From Octopus sinensis (Eukaryota), in assembly GCF_006345805.1 (NCBI RefSeq), contig NC_043023.1, forward strand, positions 16,368,001 to 16,432,000: a stretch of 64,000 nt of DNA. Reading direction: 5' to 3'. A program made the position numbers and the translations under genes. Positions 40,286-52,894 of the stretch are shown piece by piece (position 1 is the first letter of the stretch; each line of letters begins with the position of its first letter). The notes beneath the pieces were generated by a model that was not told the DNA's origin, made no database searches, and was given only the letters and a program-made list of their open reading frames with translations.

Positions 40286-40636
40286 CTCTTTTACTTGTTT
40301 CAGTCATTTGACTGCGGCCATGCTGGAGCACCACCTTTAGTCGAGCAACTCGACCCCGGCACTTATTCTTTGTAAGCCCAGTACTTATTATATCGGTCTC
40401 TTTTGCCGAACCGATAAGTGGCGGGGACATAAACACACCAGCATCGGTTGTCAAGCAATGCTAGGGGGACAAACACGCACACACACACACACACACACAT
40501 ACATATATGTATATATTCGAGGGGCTTCTTTCATGTTTCCGTCTACCAAATCCACTCACAAGGCTTTGGTCGGCCCGAGGCTATTGTAGAAGACACTTGC
40601 CCAAGGTGCCACGCAGCGGGACTGAACCCGGAACCA
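40286..40636 (-). mobile_element. SINE family A (further copies: 41443-41832 +, 43262-43600 -, 49932-50212 -, 51523-51925 -, 59930-60316 -, 62958-63572 +)
   Basis: Same head, core CCTTGGGCAAGTGTCTTC and tail. Confidence 0.85.
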
Positions 40637-40677
40637 TGTGGTTGGCAAGCAAGCTACATATATATATATATATATAT

Positions 40678-41035
40678 GATTGATTGATTGATTGATTCTA
40701 GTTTCAGCTCATGAGCTGTGGCCATGCTGGGGCACCGCCATTTGGTGTTGCTACTTGGTTTTACTTCACGAAAGCTTTTTAGCGACTGCCATTTGGTGCA
40801 TGAGAGAGTTCGATGCAGCTGCCCTCATCTGCCCCTCCTGCCGTGAAGTTGGTTCATCTGGGACACCTGACAGGAAGAGATCCAGTTTCATTTTAAAGAC
40901 ATCTGCATCCACCCCATGCAGGTCTCTCAGGTTCTTCGGGAGAATATTGAAGAGCTGTGGGCCTCGGAAGCCCAGGCTATCACAGTATCTTGTCCTACAT
41001 CTTGATGGCAAATTTGGAGTCCTAGGCACCACGCA
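40678..41035 (-). mobile_element. CR1/L2-group LINE 3' fragment
   Basis: ..DSLGFRGPQLFNILPKNLR..FKMKLDLFLSGVPDEP..AASNSL, followed by a 3'UTR and an (AATC)n tail. Confidence 0.75.
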
Positions 41036-42254
41036 TATATTGATTGATTGATTCTAGTTTCAGCTTATGAGCTGTGGCCATGCTGGGGCACCGCCATATA
41101 TATATTGTTTTTGAAAAATTTAAATTTTACAAGCCAATTTTCAGAATCGTAGTTTTATTTTGCTACGTATTTCGCAAAAAATTCTTGGAGCGGTATCGGA
41201 ATTTTGAAAATGCGATTGTTTGAAAAAAAATTTCTTTTTCGGTATTGGATCCTTTCATAACCAAAAACGTGAGATCCTGTAAAAAAAAAAAAAGGGTCTT
41301 TATATTGACCCTGGATGGTCATTAACAGTTCTGCGTTTATGAGTTGAAATGCATTTGAACTAAACTGACGGTTAATTAAATTCGAAATGGAATTGCCAAA
41401 ATAACGCGGCTTTCTATGTAGAGAGGGAGATGGTTTTATGTCAGGTGTTGAGATGTGTGGTAAGTAGCTTGCTAACCAACCACAAGGTTCCGGGTTCAGT
41501 CCCACTGCGTGGCATCTTGGGCAAGTGTCTTCTACTATAGCCTCGGGCTTACCAAAGCCTTGTAAGTAGATTTGGTAGACGGAAACTGAAAGAAGCCTGT
41601 CGTATATATGTATATGTATATATATATATGTACGTGTGTGTGTTTGTCCCCCTAGCATTGCTTGACAACCGATGCTGGTGTGTTTACGTCCCCGTCACTT
41701 AGCGGTTCGGCAAAAGAGACCGATAGTATAAGTACTGGGCTTACAAAGAATAAGTCCCGGGGTCGATTTGCTCGACTAAAAGACGGTGCTCCAGCATGGC
41801 CGCGGTCAAATGACTGAAACAAGTAAAAGAGTATACCAGGTTTGATAGAAAGACAGGTGAGCTGCCAGAAACGTTAGCACGGCGGGCGAAAGGCTTAGCG
41901 GTATTTCGTCTGTCTTTACGTTCTGAGTTCAAATTCCGCCGGGGTCGATAAATAAAGTACCAGTTTCGCACTGGGTCGATATAATCGACTTAATCCGTTT
42001 GTCTGTCATTGTTTGTCCCCTCTATGTTTAGCCCGTTGTGAGTAGTAAAGAAATAGGTATTTCGTCTGCCGTGATGTTCTGAGTTCAAATTCTGTCGAGG
42101 TCGACTTTGCCTTTCATCCTCTCGGGGTCGATAAATAAAGTACCAGTTTCGCACTGGGTCGATATAATCGACTTAATCCGTTTGTCCCCTCTATGTTTAG
42201 TCCCTTGTGGGCAATAAAGAAATATATGTTCGGTTTTCTAAATTAGCTGAAACG

Positions 42255-43135
42255 GATCTTTTCGGTTTGAACGGCAGTTTTTCCTAGCGGAGTCATATGA
42301 AATTGTCACCTATAATTATGACCCTAGTATCGATCTATTGCATTTCAATCTGTTTTAGGGTTAGGGAAAGGGTATCTTTTTTCCTTCACAAATGTAAATT
42401 AACCCAATCTGTTTCTTAAACGAAGGACATATTCATACGGCACAGAATGTTTTTTTTACCTCAATAGGTTCCACGTAACTAAACACTTTTAAACTTCGTA
42501 TACAGGTAGAATGTGTTTATAAAACATCTTTTTCTCTTGGCTTTATTGAGAAAATTCTATAGTTTGTAAGATATTTGGGATCTTTTCAGTTTGAACGGCA
42601 GTTTTTTTAATAATTTCCACGTAACTAAACACTTTTAAACTTCGTATACTGGTAGAATGTGTTTATAAAACATCTTTTTCTCTTGGCTTTATTGAGAAAA
42701 GTCTATAGTTTGTAAGATATTTCGGATCTTTTCGGTTTGACCGGCAGTTTTTTAAAATAATTTCCACGTAACTAAACACTTTTAAACTTCGTATATAGGT
42801 AGAATGTGTTTATAAAACATCTTTTTCTCTTGGCTTTATTGAGAAAATTCTATAGGTTGTAAGATATTTGTAATTTTTTTTTCTTCAATGTCTGCAATTT
42901 CAACCAATCAATGACGTCTATTGAGGTGAAAACATTCTGTGCCGTATGAATATGTCCCTCGTTTAAGAAACAGATTGAGTTTTATTTACATTTCTGAAGA
43001 AGAAAAGATACCCTTTCCCCACCCCTAACCCTAAAACAGATTGAAATGCAATAGATCGATACTAGGGTCATAATTATGGGTGACAATTTCATATGACACT
43101 GCTAGAAAAAACTGCCGTTCAAACCGAAAAGATCC
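42255..43135. mobile_element. Rearranged GGATCTTTTCGG-family element (left end + inverted copy with 147-bp right-end repeats)
   Basis: Two inverted left ends (~210 bp) enclose reversed right-end repeats. Confidence 0.75.
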
Positions 43136-43855
43136 CACGCTTCTTTTTGTTATTGAGGTTGTTGTGAGGTGTGCTAAAAATAACAGCTAAATAACGTTTT
43201 TGGATAAATCTTTTAAGTTCCTGCTAACACATTCAATGTATATTGAATGCTTCAAACTAGAAGCAAATCGACCCCGGGACTTATTCTTTTGTAAGCCCAG
43301 TACTTATTCAATCGGTCTCTTTTGCCGAACCGCTAAGTAACGGGGACATAAACACACCAGCATCAGTTGTCAAGCGATGCTAGGGGGGGGACAAACACAG
43401 ACACACAAACAGATATATAAATATATATACGTATATACGACAGGCTTCTTTTCAGTTTCCGTCTACCAAATCCACTCACAAGGCTTTGGTCGGCCCGAGG
43501 CTATATTAGAAGACACTTGCCCAAGGTGCCACGCAGTGGGACTGAACCTGGAACCATGTGGTTGGTAGACAAGCTACTTGCCACACAGCCACTCCTGCGC
43601 TTGTATAACTGGATTAACCTGTATAATTGGATTTGCAATTTCCCAGCTATTTTGTCTAGACTTTTAATTAATTAGATATCCGCCATTGGTTCGTTGTTGT
43701 AAACTTGGTGTAACTGAAATAATTTTTGTTGTTTTTCAATTTTAGAAAATTACTTTTACAGATCATGGACATTCTAAAGTTCTTTTGTTGTTTGTCTGCA
43801 TTATTTTGTAAGTTTTTATTCGTCATTCTTATTCTTAATAATTCATCCTCATTAA

Positions 43856-44077
43856 CCCTTCCGTGACCAACCCAGCTGAAACCGGCCTCTGGCTCTGAGT
43901 ACAAATGTCTTGTTTTCATAAGTTTTGAATTAAAATATACCACCAAACCTTAGTCGCAATTTATGTTACTTACACTAGCTAAATGGTAACTAAGTTATTT
44001 TGCTAAGATCTTTGTTATATTTAGAATTAATTGAAAGAAACACAGAGCATCTCAACAGAAATATGGTAAGAAAAGGG
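43856..44077. mobile_element. piggyBac-type MITE
   Basis: TTAA|CCCTT...AAGGG|TTAA. Confidence 0.7.
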
Positions 44078-44337
44078 TTAAAATATATAATAGAGAAACA
44101 ATTCTTAACCCTTTTGATACCAACCTGGTTCAAACTGCATTTGTCTCTACTGTACAGCGTTCTGTAGTATTCGAAATAGTTAAGAATAAGATCTCCAATG
44201 CCACAGGCTCGACCATAAATCTATTAAAGAGTGACTGATGATATTGTGACTGTTTGTTTTTCTTAACCTGACCAGCCTCGGACCCTGGGCTATAAACTTT
44301 GTTATTTTGCAGCTTTTCAAAATTATTTTTTCAGATC

Positions 44338-47300
44338 ATGGCTAAATGGATCTTGTTCTGCTTACTGTTTGTAACATTTGTCTGTAAGTTTAATTTATAT
44401 TTTATTTAATTTCTTTCCATAACTTATTTTTGTTAAGGCAAACTTACTCAGGTGCACAGGGGTCTGGAATGGGGTCACTCACATAAGGAGGATTTTCTTT
44501 GTTTTGGTAGGGATTTTCCCAATTTTGTTTTCATCACAGCTTTAGAAATGATGCATTTTATGGAAGAAAATTTTGGAAAATTCATGATTTTCCACCACAA
44601 TCCCACTTATAAATTCTCTGTCTTCCCTTCTCCGGATCTTTCCTTCTCATTTGTTTCTGACGAAGAGCTCCGCTCGAAACGTTAAACCCTCCTTCTTTCC
44701 TGAGCGTCCAATAATACTATATTTGTTCCATGTCCTCGTGTTGTGTTTTTTTTTGTGCTTTCATGTTTGGATTAACTTTATAAATTATCCGCCTCATTAA
44801 CAACTTATTTACAGAACCTCAGGTCCCAAAACATTCCCTATATCCCACCCTGGTTAATTAACAGTGAGTCCTCACACCCATCACCCACCCCATACAACAC
44901 TAATCTTGGTACTGTCTTTGAGAATCACCCACTATCTTTCAAAACCACTATCTCTCTATCCGCTCAGTCGAAGTCGACTCTCGGTCACTCGATGGATCAG
45001 TGTCCTCCAGTAGTTCAATCCTGGGCCGCTTCTTTCAGATTGGCTATGTCCATTCCGGTATCACTCCTGATGGTGTCAAGCCAGTGGGTTCTTGGTCGGC
45101 CTCTTCCTCTCTTGCCACTGACCATTCCGAGCATGATGTCCTTCTCCAGGGATTTTCTCCGCATCATATGACCAAAATATGTATATATATATATATCCGC
45201 TCAGTCAAAGTCGACTCTCGGTCACTCGATGGATCAGTGTCCTCCAGTCAGTTCTATCCTGGGCCGCTTTTTTCAGATTGGCTATGTTCATTCCAGTATC
45301 ACTCTTGATGGTGTCAAGCCAGTGGGTTCTTGGTCGGCCTCTTCCTCTCTTGCCACTGACCATTCCAAGCATGATGTCCTTCTCCAGGGATTTTCTCCGC
45401 ATAATATGACTGAAATATGCCAATCTATGCTTGGTGATCCTAGCTTCTAGTGACATTTTTGGCCTGATCTGCTTAAGAACTTCCCCATTGGTGAGCCTCG
45501 TTATCCATGGAATCCGTAAAAGTCTTCTCCAACACCAAAGCTCGAATGCATTAATTCTCTTCTGGTCAGCTTTCTTTAGTGTCCAGGTCTCGCATCCATA
45601 TGTTGCTATTGGGAAGACAATTGCATTCACCAATCTGCATTTGGTAGCGAGTCTGATGTCTCTACTCTTCCAGGCCCTGCTCATGCTGACCATTGCCTCT
45701 CTGCCTAGTACTATCCGCCGTCTTGTGGAGGCGCAATGGCCCAGTGGTAAGGGCAGTGGACTCGCGGTCATAGGATCACGGTTTCGATTCCCAGACCGGG
45801 CGTTGTGAGTGTTTATTGAGCGAAAACACCTAAAGCTCCACGAGGCTCTGGCAGGGATGGTGGTGATCCCTGCTGTACTCTTTCACCACAACTTTCTCTC
45901 ACTCTTACTTCCTGTTTCTGTTGTACCTGTATTTCAAAGGGCCGGCCTTGTCACTCTCTGTGTCACGCTGAATATCCCCAAGAACTACGTTAAGGGTACA
46001 CGTGTCTGTGGAGTGCTCAGCCACTTACACGTTAATTTCACGAGCAGGCTGTTCCGTTGATTCGGATCAACCGGAACCCTCGTCGTCGTAACCGACGGAG
46101 TGCTTCCATCCATCCAGCGTCTTATTTCTGGAGTGCAGTCACCATCTCGATTTCTTTTGGAGCCAAGGAAGATGAAATCATCAACCACTTCAATCTCTTC
46201 ATTATCGATCTTGATGCTGGTGTTTGTTGTGGCTGCTGTTGACATGATCTTCGTTTTCTTAACCACAACCCGTCATTATTTAATAAATTCTCAGATGTTT
46301 TTACTTTAACAGCTTCGTTTCCCTCTGTGTCTGCTGTAGTGTTTCCTGGTTTATCGAAATACGTGGGAATTTCATTTATGTTTCCAATATTTTCTAGGGA
46401 GAACCCAAACATTTTACACTCCTTCAGAGCAAATTTTTTCATCAATGTCTTTTGGCAGTTTCTGAGCAATATGAGTTTTTTTTTGGCAATCGCAGTCACT
46501 TATCAATACATGTCAGCCTCAACATCCAAAGCCCTCATGTTCCACCGTTTTGTCCTGCACCTTTCAGGGTCCACCTCTTCCACAGATTGCCTCCGCAGTT
46601 AAAGATCAGCACTTCTTTACATAGCAGTCCTTGTCCGTTCATTTTTAGAATGACATTGTAAGACAGGTGCAAAAGGCTGACCCATTACCAGTTTAAACAC
46701 GAAACAGGTAGAATCTTTGTGCCAGGTATGGCTACTTTAACTCGTTAGCAATCAGTTTATTCCATTTAATGTAATGCTCCTTTAGACTTGGTTTTTGAAT
46801 TAATCATTCGTTATCTTGTAGTTTTGACATTTTGCTGATGTGATTGTTTATTTTTAGACTGACATTGTAGGGTAGGTGTGAGGGGCTGGACCCAGCCACT
46901 TAGAATATAAAACAGATATGGCTGGTTTAATCCTTTAGCAATCAAATTGCTGTGAAATGTAATGTTCATTTATTCACATTGTTTTGAATTATTTCATCTT
47001 AAAATCAAAAATTTTTGTTTTCATCTTTTACAGATTTGTCAAGTGCAGACACTTATAATATCACCCAAAGTGGTAAATATATTCTTCTTTCTTGCCTTTG
47101 ACCCTCCAACGTGGAGTATAGGCCACTCATAATTGAATTCTATGTTGCATAATTTTTCGCCTCTGTACTTATACTCTGCCATGAATGTCCCCCTTTCTCT
47201 AGTTCGTTTTTTGTTGATCTACGCCACTAGTTCTTAGGCCTACCTTTCTTTCTATATCCAAGTTAAGCTAAGTTAAGGTAAGTTAAGTTAATTTTTGGGC

Positions 47301-50300
47301 TCAAAAAGCAAAAAAGCAAGGCCATTTAGGGGGACATGGAATTATGTACAGGGTGGTGTTCATGCAAAGAGTTCAGGCCATTTGTGGTCAAGGGAGACTT
47401 TGAATCGAGCGGTCGTCGGCATCTTCACTATCTCGTCCGGCAGCTTATTCCACGGATCCGCAACCCGGACGGAGAAAGCCCCTCTTCTTCGATTGAGATG
47501 AAATTGTCGCAGATAGAGTGCATTCCACTCTGCGCTTTGCTCTACAATGATACAAAGAGTGGCGGTTTGATCTCCACATGAACGGTTTTTCCTAAATCCA
47601 GCTTCTTCTTTACTGCTGTCCGCATCATCTCTAAAAGTATCCTGTTAAAATCTTTTCCGGGAGCTGATAATAGCCTAATCCCTCTATAAGATGCTGAGTA
47701 CTCATCAGCCATTAATAAAAAAGTTACCAAATCAAGTGGCAACATTATAGAGAAGGTAGATATATAGACAAAGATGTGGATTTAAATTTTAAGAACATAT
47801 GAGGTACTAAGATTTGGTTGTTCCACTACATCATACGTTCTTAAAATTAAAATCCACATCTTTGTCTATATATCTACCTTCTCTATAATGTTGCCACGTG
47901 ATATGAAAATTTTTGTATTAACAGAAAACCTCTATAATTGGCTGATGAGTGCTCAGTATTTTAAAACTGTTGTAATACTTACAAAATTTAATAAAATGAT
48001 GTAGTACGAAACGATCGTACCAAATTACTGGAGTCATTCTTGTTGCTTATTTTCATTATAATCACCCCACGGATTTCTATGGATAACACCATACAAAATT
48101 CTGGTGCATCTAAATTAAGTACCATATTCATTTGAATCTAAATTTTTGCTGAACTTATATATATATATATTTGCCAACATAATGTGGTAGTCTTGGTTAG
48201 GACGAATGATACTGTAAATTTAGTCTTAGGAAACATCATCTATCTGCATACCAATGGTCTCTGGGTTATTTCCCTTCATCAGCACAGAATAACTGCTCAG
48301 CTAGAGATGACTCCACTAAACTCTAGTCCAAAATATATACTTTTCAAAGTGACACACAGTCACTGATCTAACAAATAGAAAATTATTTCTAAATCTCTGA
48401 ACAAAAGACATTGAGTAACAGTACTCTAGGGTAAAGATTATTCGCCAACATAATGTGGCGGTCCTGGTTAGGACGATTGTTACTGTTCCTTAGCCCTAGG
48501 AAATATCGTCTCCAGCAGGCTATATGACACACTAGCTGCATCCTTATATTTTCAAACAAGGAAGTTTAGCATCCCATAGGACATAGATAATGTGTCATAT
48601 ACCCAACTGGAGGCAGTGTTTCCTGGGGCTAAATAACAGTAACAATCATCCTAGCTAGGACTGCCATATTATGTTGGCAAGTAATCTTTACTCTCGATTA
48701 ATGTTACTGAATGTTTCTTGTTCAGTGACTTAGAAATAATAATTTTCTATTTACATATATATATACATATATATAAATAATGGGCTTCTTTCAGTTTCCA
48801 TCTATCAAATACACTCACAAGGCTTTGAAACACACAAGTGTGTATGTATATATATACACACACATATACATACACAAACACACACACATATACATACAAT
48901 GGGCTTCTTTCAATTTCCATCTACCAAATCCACTCACAAGGCTGAGGCTGTAGTAGAAGACACTTTCCCAAGGTGCTGTGTAGTGGGACTGAACCCAGGA
49001 CCATATGATTTGGAAGCAAACTTCTTAACTGATTTCGTTATTTCAGGACCTGCTGTGCTCAATGGAAACCTCACCCTTTCGATAACAATACCTAATATGA
49101 AACGACCGGTGGTTTGGAAGTGCCAGAATTATAAATATGAATGTGACAGGACATGCGCTGATGGCCCTGACTATAAAGTGACTCATTTAGGAGATACCTC
49201 CACGCTTTGGATCAAAAATGTAACTGAGAAATGTTTGACTTGGAAATTTGAAGATGACAACCTTAATATTGGAAGAATTGATTTGGAGATAAAGAGTAAG
49301 GAAATGATTTATAATAATTTCTTTATTAACCACAGAGGGCTAACACAAAGCAAAACATTCGGGAGGGTCCAGTGTGGGTTTTAGCATGTAAAAAGTCATA
49401 CAAAGAATAAAAGAAAGTCAAAGTAACATCCCTGATAGTTTGGGGACTTTGAAGGGCCACACGTAAAGAAAGCCCACAAATCCAAGGTCTCCCTGACCAC
49501 CAGGGTGTATACTCTCTCCCAGTCTTTCCTCTCCAATATACAGGTACACTCTGAAAGAGAAGGCCCATTCACTCAGGTAATGCTCACCTCTCTCACCCAC
49601 CTTTCAACAAACTGCTTGGAAGCCAGCACTTACCTCTCCACCCTGATTTTCCTCTTCAAGTGAAACCTGAAAAAGTTTATTAGGGTTTTGACAAAATGGC
49701 AATTGCTGGTCTTTAGCCCTTTCAGACATGTCCACTATATGATCCCCTTTGCCATGGGCCCCGAGCATATAAATACTGGTTGCCCTTCCTGGTTGAAGGA
49801 AAGTAGAGGGGCCATCTTCACAATGGACTCAGGTGATAGTTGTATATAATAAGGGTTTCTTTTATTTGCCACAAGGGCAAAGGATGAGGGGGTCAATACC
49901 AAGGTGTGTGTGTGTGGGGGGGGTTATATTCTCTTTCTCTTTTTACTTGTTTCAGTCATTTGACTGTGGCCATGCTGGAGCACCGCCTTTTGTCGAGCAA
50001 ATCGACCCCAGGATTTATTCTTTGTAAGCCTAGTACTTATTCTATCGGTTCTCTTTTGCCGAACCGCTAAGTAACGTGGACGTAGACACACCAGCATCGG
50101 TTATCAAGCGGTACTGGGAGGACAAACAGACACACAAACACACATATATATAATCATATATATACGATGGGATTCTTTCAGTTTCTGTCTACCAAATCCA
50201 CTCACAAGGCTTTATATAACCAAGCTCATGTGTGCAACATAGTGTTACTGGAAATTTTGATGGGGACTTTTCCTTTAGATCACTTTGAAATGGAATTTGT

Positions 50301-50514
50301 ATAACAGAAACGAAAGTATTTTTTAATAGTTTAGTATGAAAATGGTCAAACTTGGGAGATATTACTATTTTTTATTAAAAACAAAATGTATATATTTTAT
50401 TGTTTGTCAATTGCAGATCCGAAACCTGAACTCAGTGGATCAAGACCCCTCAGAACACTCGAGATTGTCGGAATCATTCTTGGCATACTCATCCTTGCTG
50501 CAATCCTTGTCTGA
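44338..50514 (+). CDS. Spliced gene for a 143-aa secreted/GPI-type Ig-like glycoprotein; exons 44338-44383, 47034-47072, 49047-49295, 50417-50514
   Basis: All introns are GT..AG and phase 1. The exons sum to 432 nt in one open frame: MAKWILFCLLFVTFVYLSSA-DTYNITQSGPAVLNGNLTLSI..VVWKC..STLWIKNVT..IDLEIKNPKPELSGSRPLRTLEIVGIILGILILAAILV*. AATAAA at 50546. Confidence 0.85.
44653..44687 (+). ncRNA. Minimal type I hammerhead ribozyme motif (Penelope-associated type)
   Basis: GTTT-CTGACGA-A-GAGC(TCC)GCTC-GAAA-CG-TT-AAAC. Confidence 0.65.
44955..46256 (-). mobile_element. RTE (BovB-like) LINE 3' fragment with a duplicated 3' end (44955-45178) and a SINE insertion
   Basis: KTKIM..VDDFIFLGS..TYGCETWTLKKADQKRINAFELWCWRRLLRIPW..GKRGRGRPRTHWLD..VTESRL. 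Confidence 0.9.
45726..46107 (+). mobile_element. tRNA-derived SINE family C (also 52460-52842; 56595-56955 has a different tail)
   Basis: A box TGGCCCAGTGG and B box GTTTCGATTCCC. It splits the RTE frame and has imperfect direct flanks ATCC..CGTCTT. Confidence 0.85.
46270..46510 (-). pseudogene. pogo-family transposase fragment
   Basis: ..LENIGNINEIPTYFDKPGNTTADTEG..VKVKTS resembles the pogo IGNMDETP.FDMP..TV..G motif. Confidence 0.6.
47262..47512 (-). mobile_element. CR1-like LINE 3' fragment lying between RTE remnants (47086-47260, 47513-47690)
   Basis: RRGAFSVRVADPWNKLPDEIV..FKVSLD, with a (TAACT)n tail. The flanking RGIRLLSAPGK..NRILL is RT-like. Confidence 0.65.
47692..48752. mobile_element. 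Penelope-like element relics (inverted terminal repeats, hammerhead motifs)
   Basis: Inverted arms at 47692-47805/47828-47957 and ~48380-48470/48650-48752, plus CTGATGA..GAAA motifs. Confidence 0.5.
47938..48023 (+). ncRNA. Type I hammerhead ribozyme motif
   Basis: TTGG-CTGATGA-GTGCT..(49 nt)..AGTAC-GAAA-CGATCG-TA-CCAA. Confidence 0.7.
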
Positions 50515-52894
50515 CTCTCTTTCTTCTGCTGCAAATATTTTAAGAAATAAACATTTGTATAAGAACGCTACAATTTGTGTTTTTTTATCTATATTTATCC
50601 TCTAAAAGGAAAAAATAATTCTATTTATCAGATTAAGACTTTCACTGATTGCATTGGCATAGTTGGTTTTTTTAAATAAATTATATCCATATTTTAGCAA
50701 TATTTTTTCCAAAACTCTGCTCGGTCTTTTACTGGGAATTTAAAAATCTTAAAAGCTATTAACTGTATATTTATCAATTTAGGACAACAACTAATTTCAT
50801 TTATATAATTAACAGACAAAACTACACCAATACACTAAACTTGAAATCAATAAATTTGAAACCGAAGGAGCTGAAGGGAAAAACACAAACAGAAAAGGTC
50901 CACTTTTTAAAATATTCTTTCCAGAAAAAGTGAGCGGTAGCAGATTCAGCATGGAAAATTACATGAATATTCCAAATTTGAAATTTTGACTGAATCTTAG
51001 AATGCAAAAGAATGTGATGTGTATGTGTGTGTGGTGTCCCACCAACATGTGCTATTCCAATATAATTGCAATCTACACTTTCTTAAAGGTATTTCTCAAA
51101 ATTTTCATTTAAAAATACCCATTTTTCCAGAAGTTATGAAGAAACAAAGTCGGTGGGGTACATTTGCATATGTATACCCATTGCTTTAGCATAAATATCT
51201 TCAATTATAATCAAAGGGTCACTGCTTCCGTAGCCAACGAGAACAAAATCCTTAAGCATAGGAAATGAAGTGTGACCCATTTCTTCCACCTGTGACATTT
51301 GCCACAGTGAAGTTCTTACCATTGTTGGCGCCTCGCCTTACAGAATGCGTTCGGTGATCCCTATGAGGGTACTTGCTGTTGCATTGCCTTAGCTATACCA
51401 TCACCCATGGTAATGCTCCGAGCTTATTGGCTGGCTTCAGTAGGTTCCTTTGAACCTTGTGGTGTGTGACCAATCAAAGCACTTCATGTTAAACTCGGTT
51501 TTTTTTTCTTTATTCTCTCATACTCTCTTTTACTCTTTTAGTTGTTTCAGTCATTTGACTGCGGCCATGCTGAAGTACCGCTTTAGTCAAGCAAATCGAC
51601 TCCAGGACTTATTCTTTGTAATCCCAGTACTTATTCTATCGGTCTCTTTTGTCGAACTGCTAAGTGACGGGGACGTAAGCACACCAGCATCGGTTGTCAA
51701 GCAATGCTAGGGGGACAAACACAGACACACAAACACACACACATGCATATATACATATATATGAAAGGCTTCTTTCAGTTTCCGTCTACCAAATCCACTC
51801 ACAAGGCATTGGTCGGCCCGGGGCTATAGTAGAAGACACTTGCCCAAGATGCCACGCAATAGGACTGAACCCGGAACCATGTGGTTGGTAAGCAAGCTAC
51901 TTACCACACAGCCACTCCTGCACCTCCTGTTTGTGTTTCTTTTGGTTTAGGATTTGTATTTTAATGTGGTATTGTATTATACGTGTATCATGTAAAGACA
52001 TGTTATATAAATAAAAACAACAGAAAAATAAGCAAACAAAATCAAAATATTTACTTATTAAAAAAAATAAAAACTCTTTACAGAATTTGCAAGAAAAATA
52101 CAAGATGGTATCAAAAAGTTCTCGGACAAGCTATGTTTCATAAAAATTACTAATTTACCAAAGTTTTAACAACATCTCCTGTGAAATACTCACCTTTCAC
52201 AGTAATACACTGGCCCCAGAATTCCTACTGCTTCGGGAATCTGGCTTGGAAGTTGTTTTCTTTAAGCAAGTCAAGGACCTTTTGCGATTTTATTTCCTTT
52301 TCTGTATAATTGTTTATTTATTTTTATATCTGAAACGCTGATTATTTCTTGCATAAAATTATAAATTATTATCAAGTGTCCAACTTTTTTTTGTGTTATT
52401 GGATGGTTGTGAATGCCATAAAAGGTGCAAAATCTTTCCTTTCAGGTTCACAGCGAACTGTGGAGGCACAATGGCCCAGTGGTTAGGGCAGCGGACTCGC
52501 GGTCGTAGGATCGCAGTTTCGATTCCCAGACCGGGCGTTGTGAGTGTTTATTGAGCGAAAACACCTAAAGCTCCACAAGGCTCCGGCAGGGATGGTGGTG
52601 ATCCCTGCTGTACTCTTTCACCACAACTTTCTCTCACTCTTACTTCCTGTTTCTGTTGTACCTGTATTTCAAAGGGCCGGCCTTGTCACTCTCTGTGTCA
52701 TGCTGAATATCCCCGAGGACTACCTTAAGGGTGCACGTGTCTGTGGAGTGCTCAGCCACTTACACGTTAATTTCACGAGCAGGCTGTTCCGTTGATTCGG
52801 ATCAATCGGAACCCTCGTCGTCGTAACCGATGGAGTGCTTCCACCACAGTGAACTACGACAGACAAATGGCAAAATTGGGAGAGAATTAGACAT

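Noticed and set aside
45726-45800. tRNA gene calls for SINE heads
   Set aside because: The heads continue into SINE bodies and have no proper acceptor stem or Pol III terminator.
48899-49384. The 161-aa ORF as a single-exon gene
   Set aside because: Its 5' part is SINE sequence; only 49047-49295 is an exon bounded by AG/GT.
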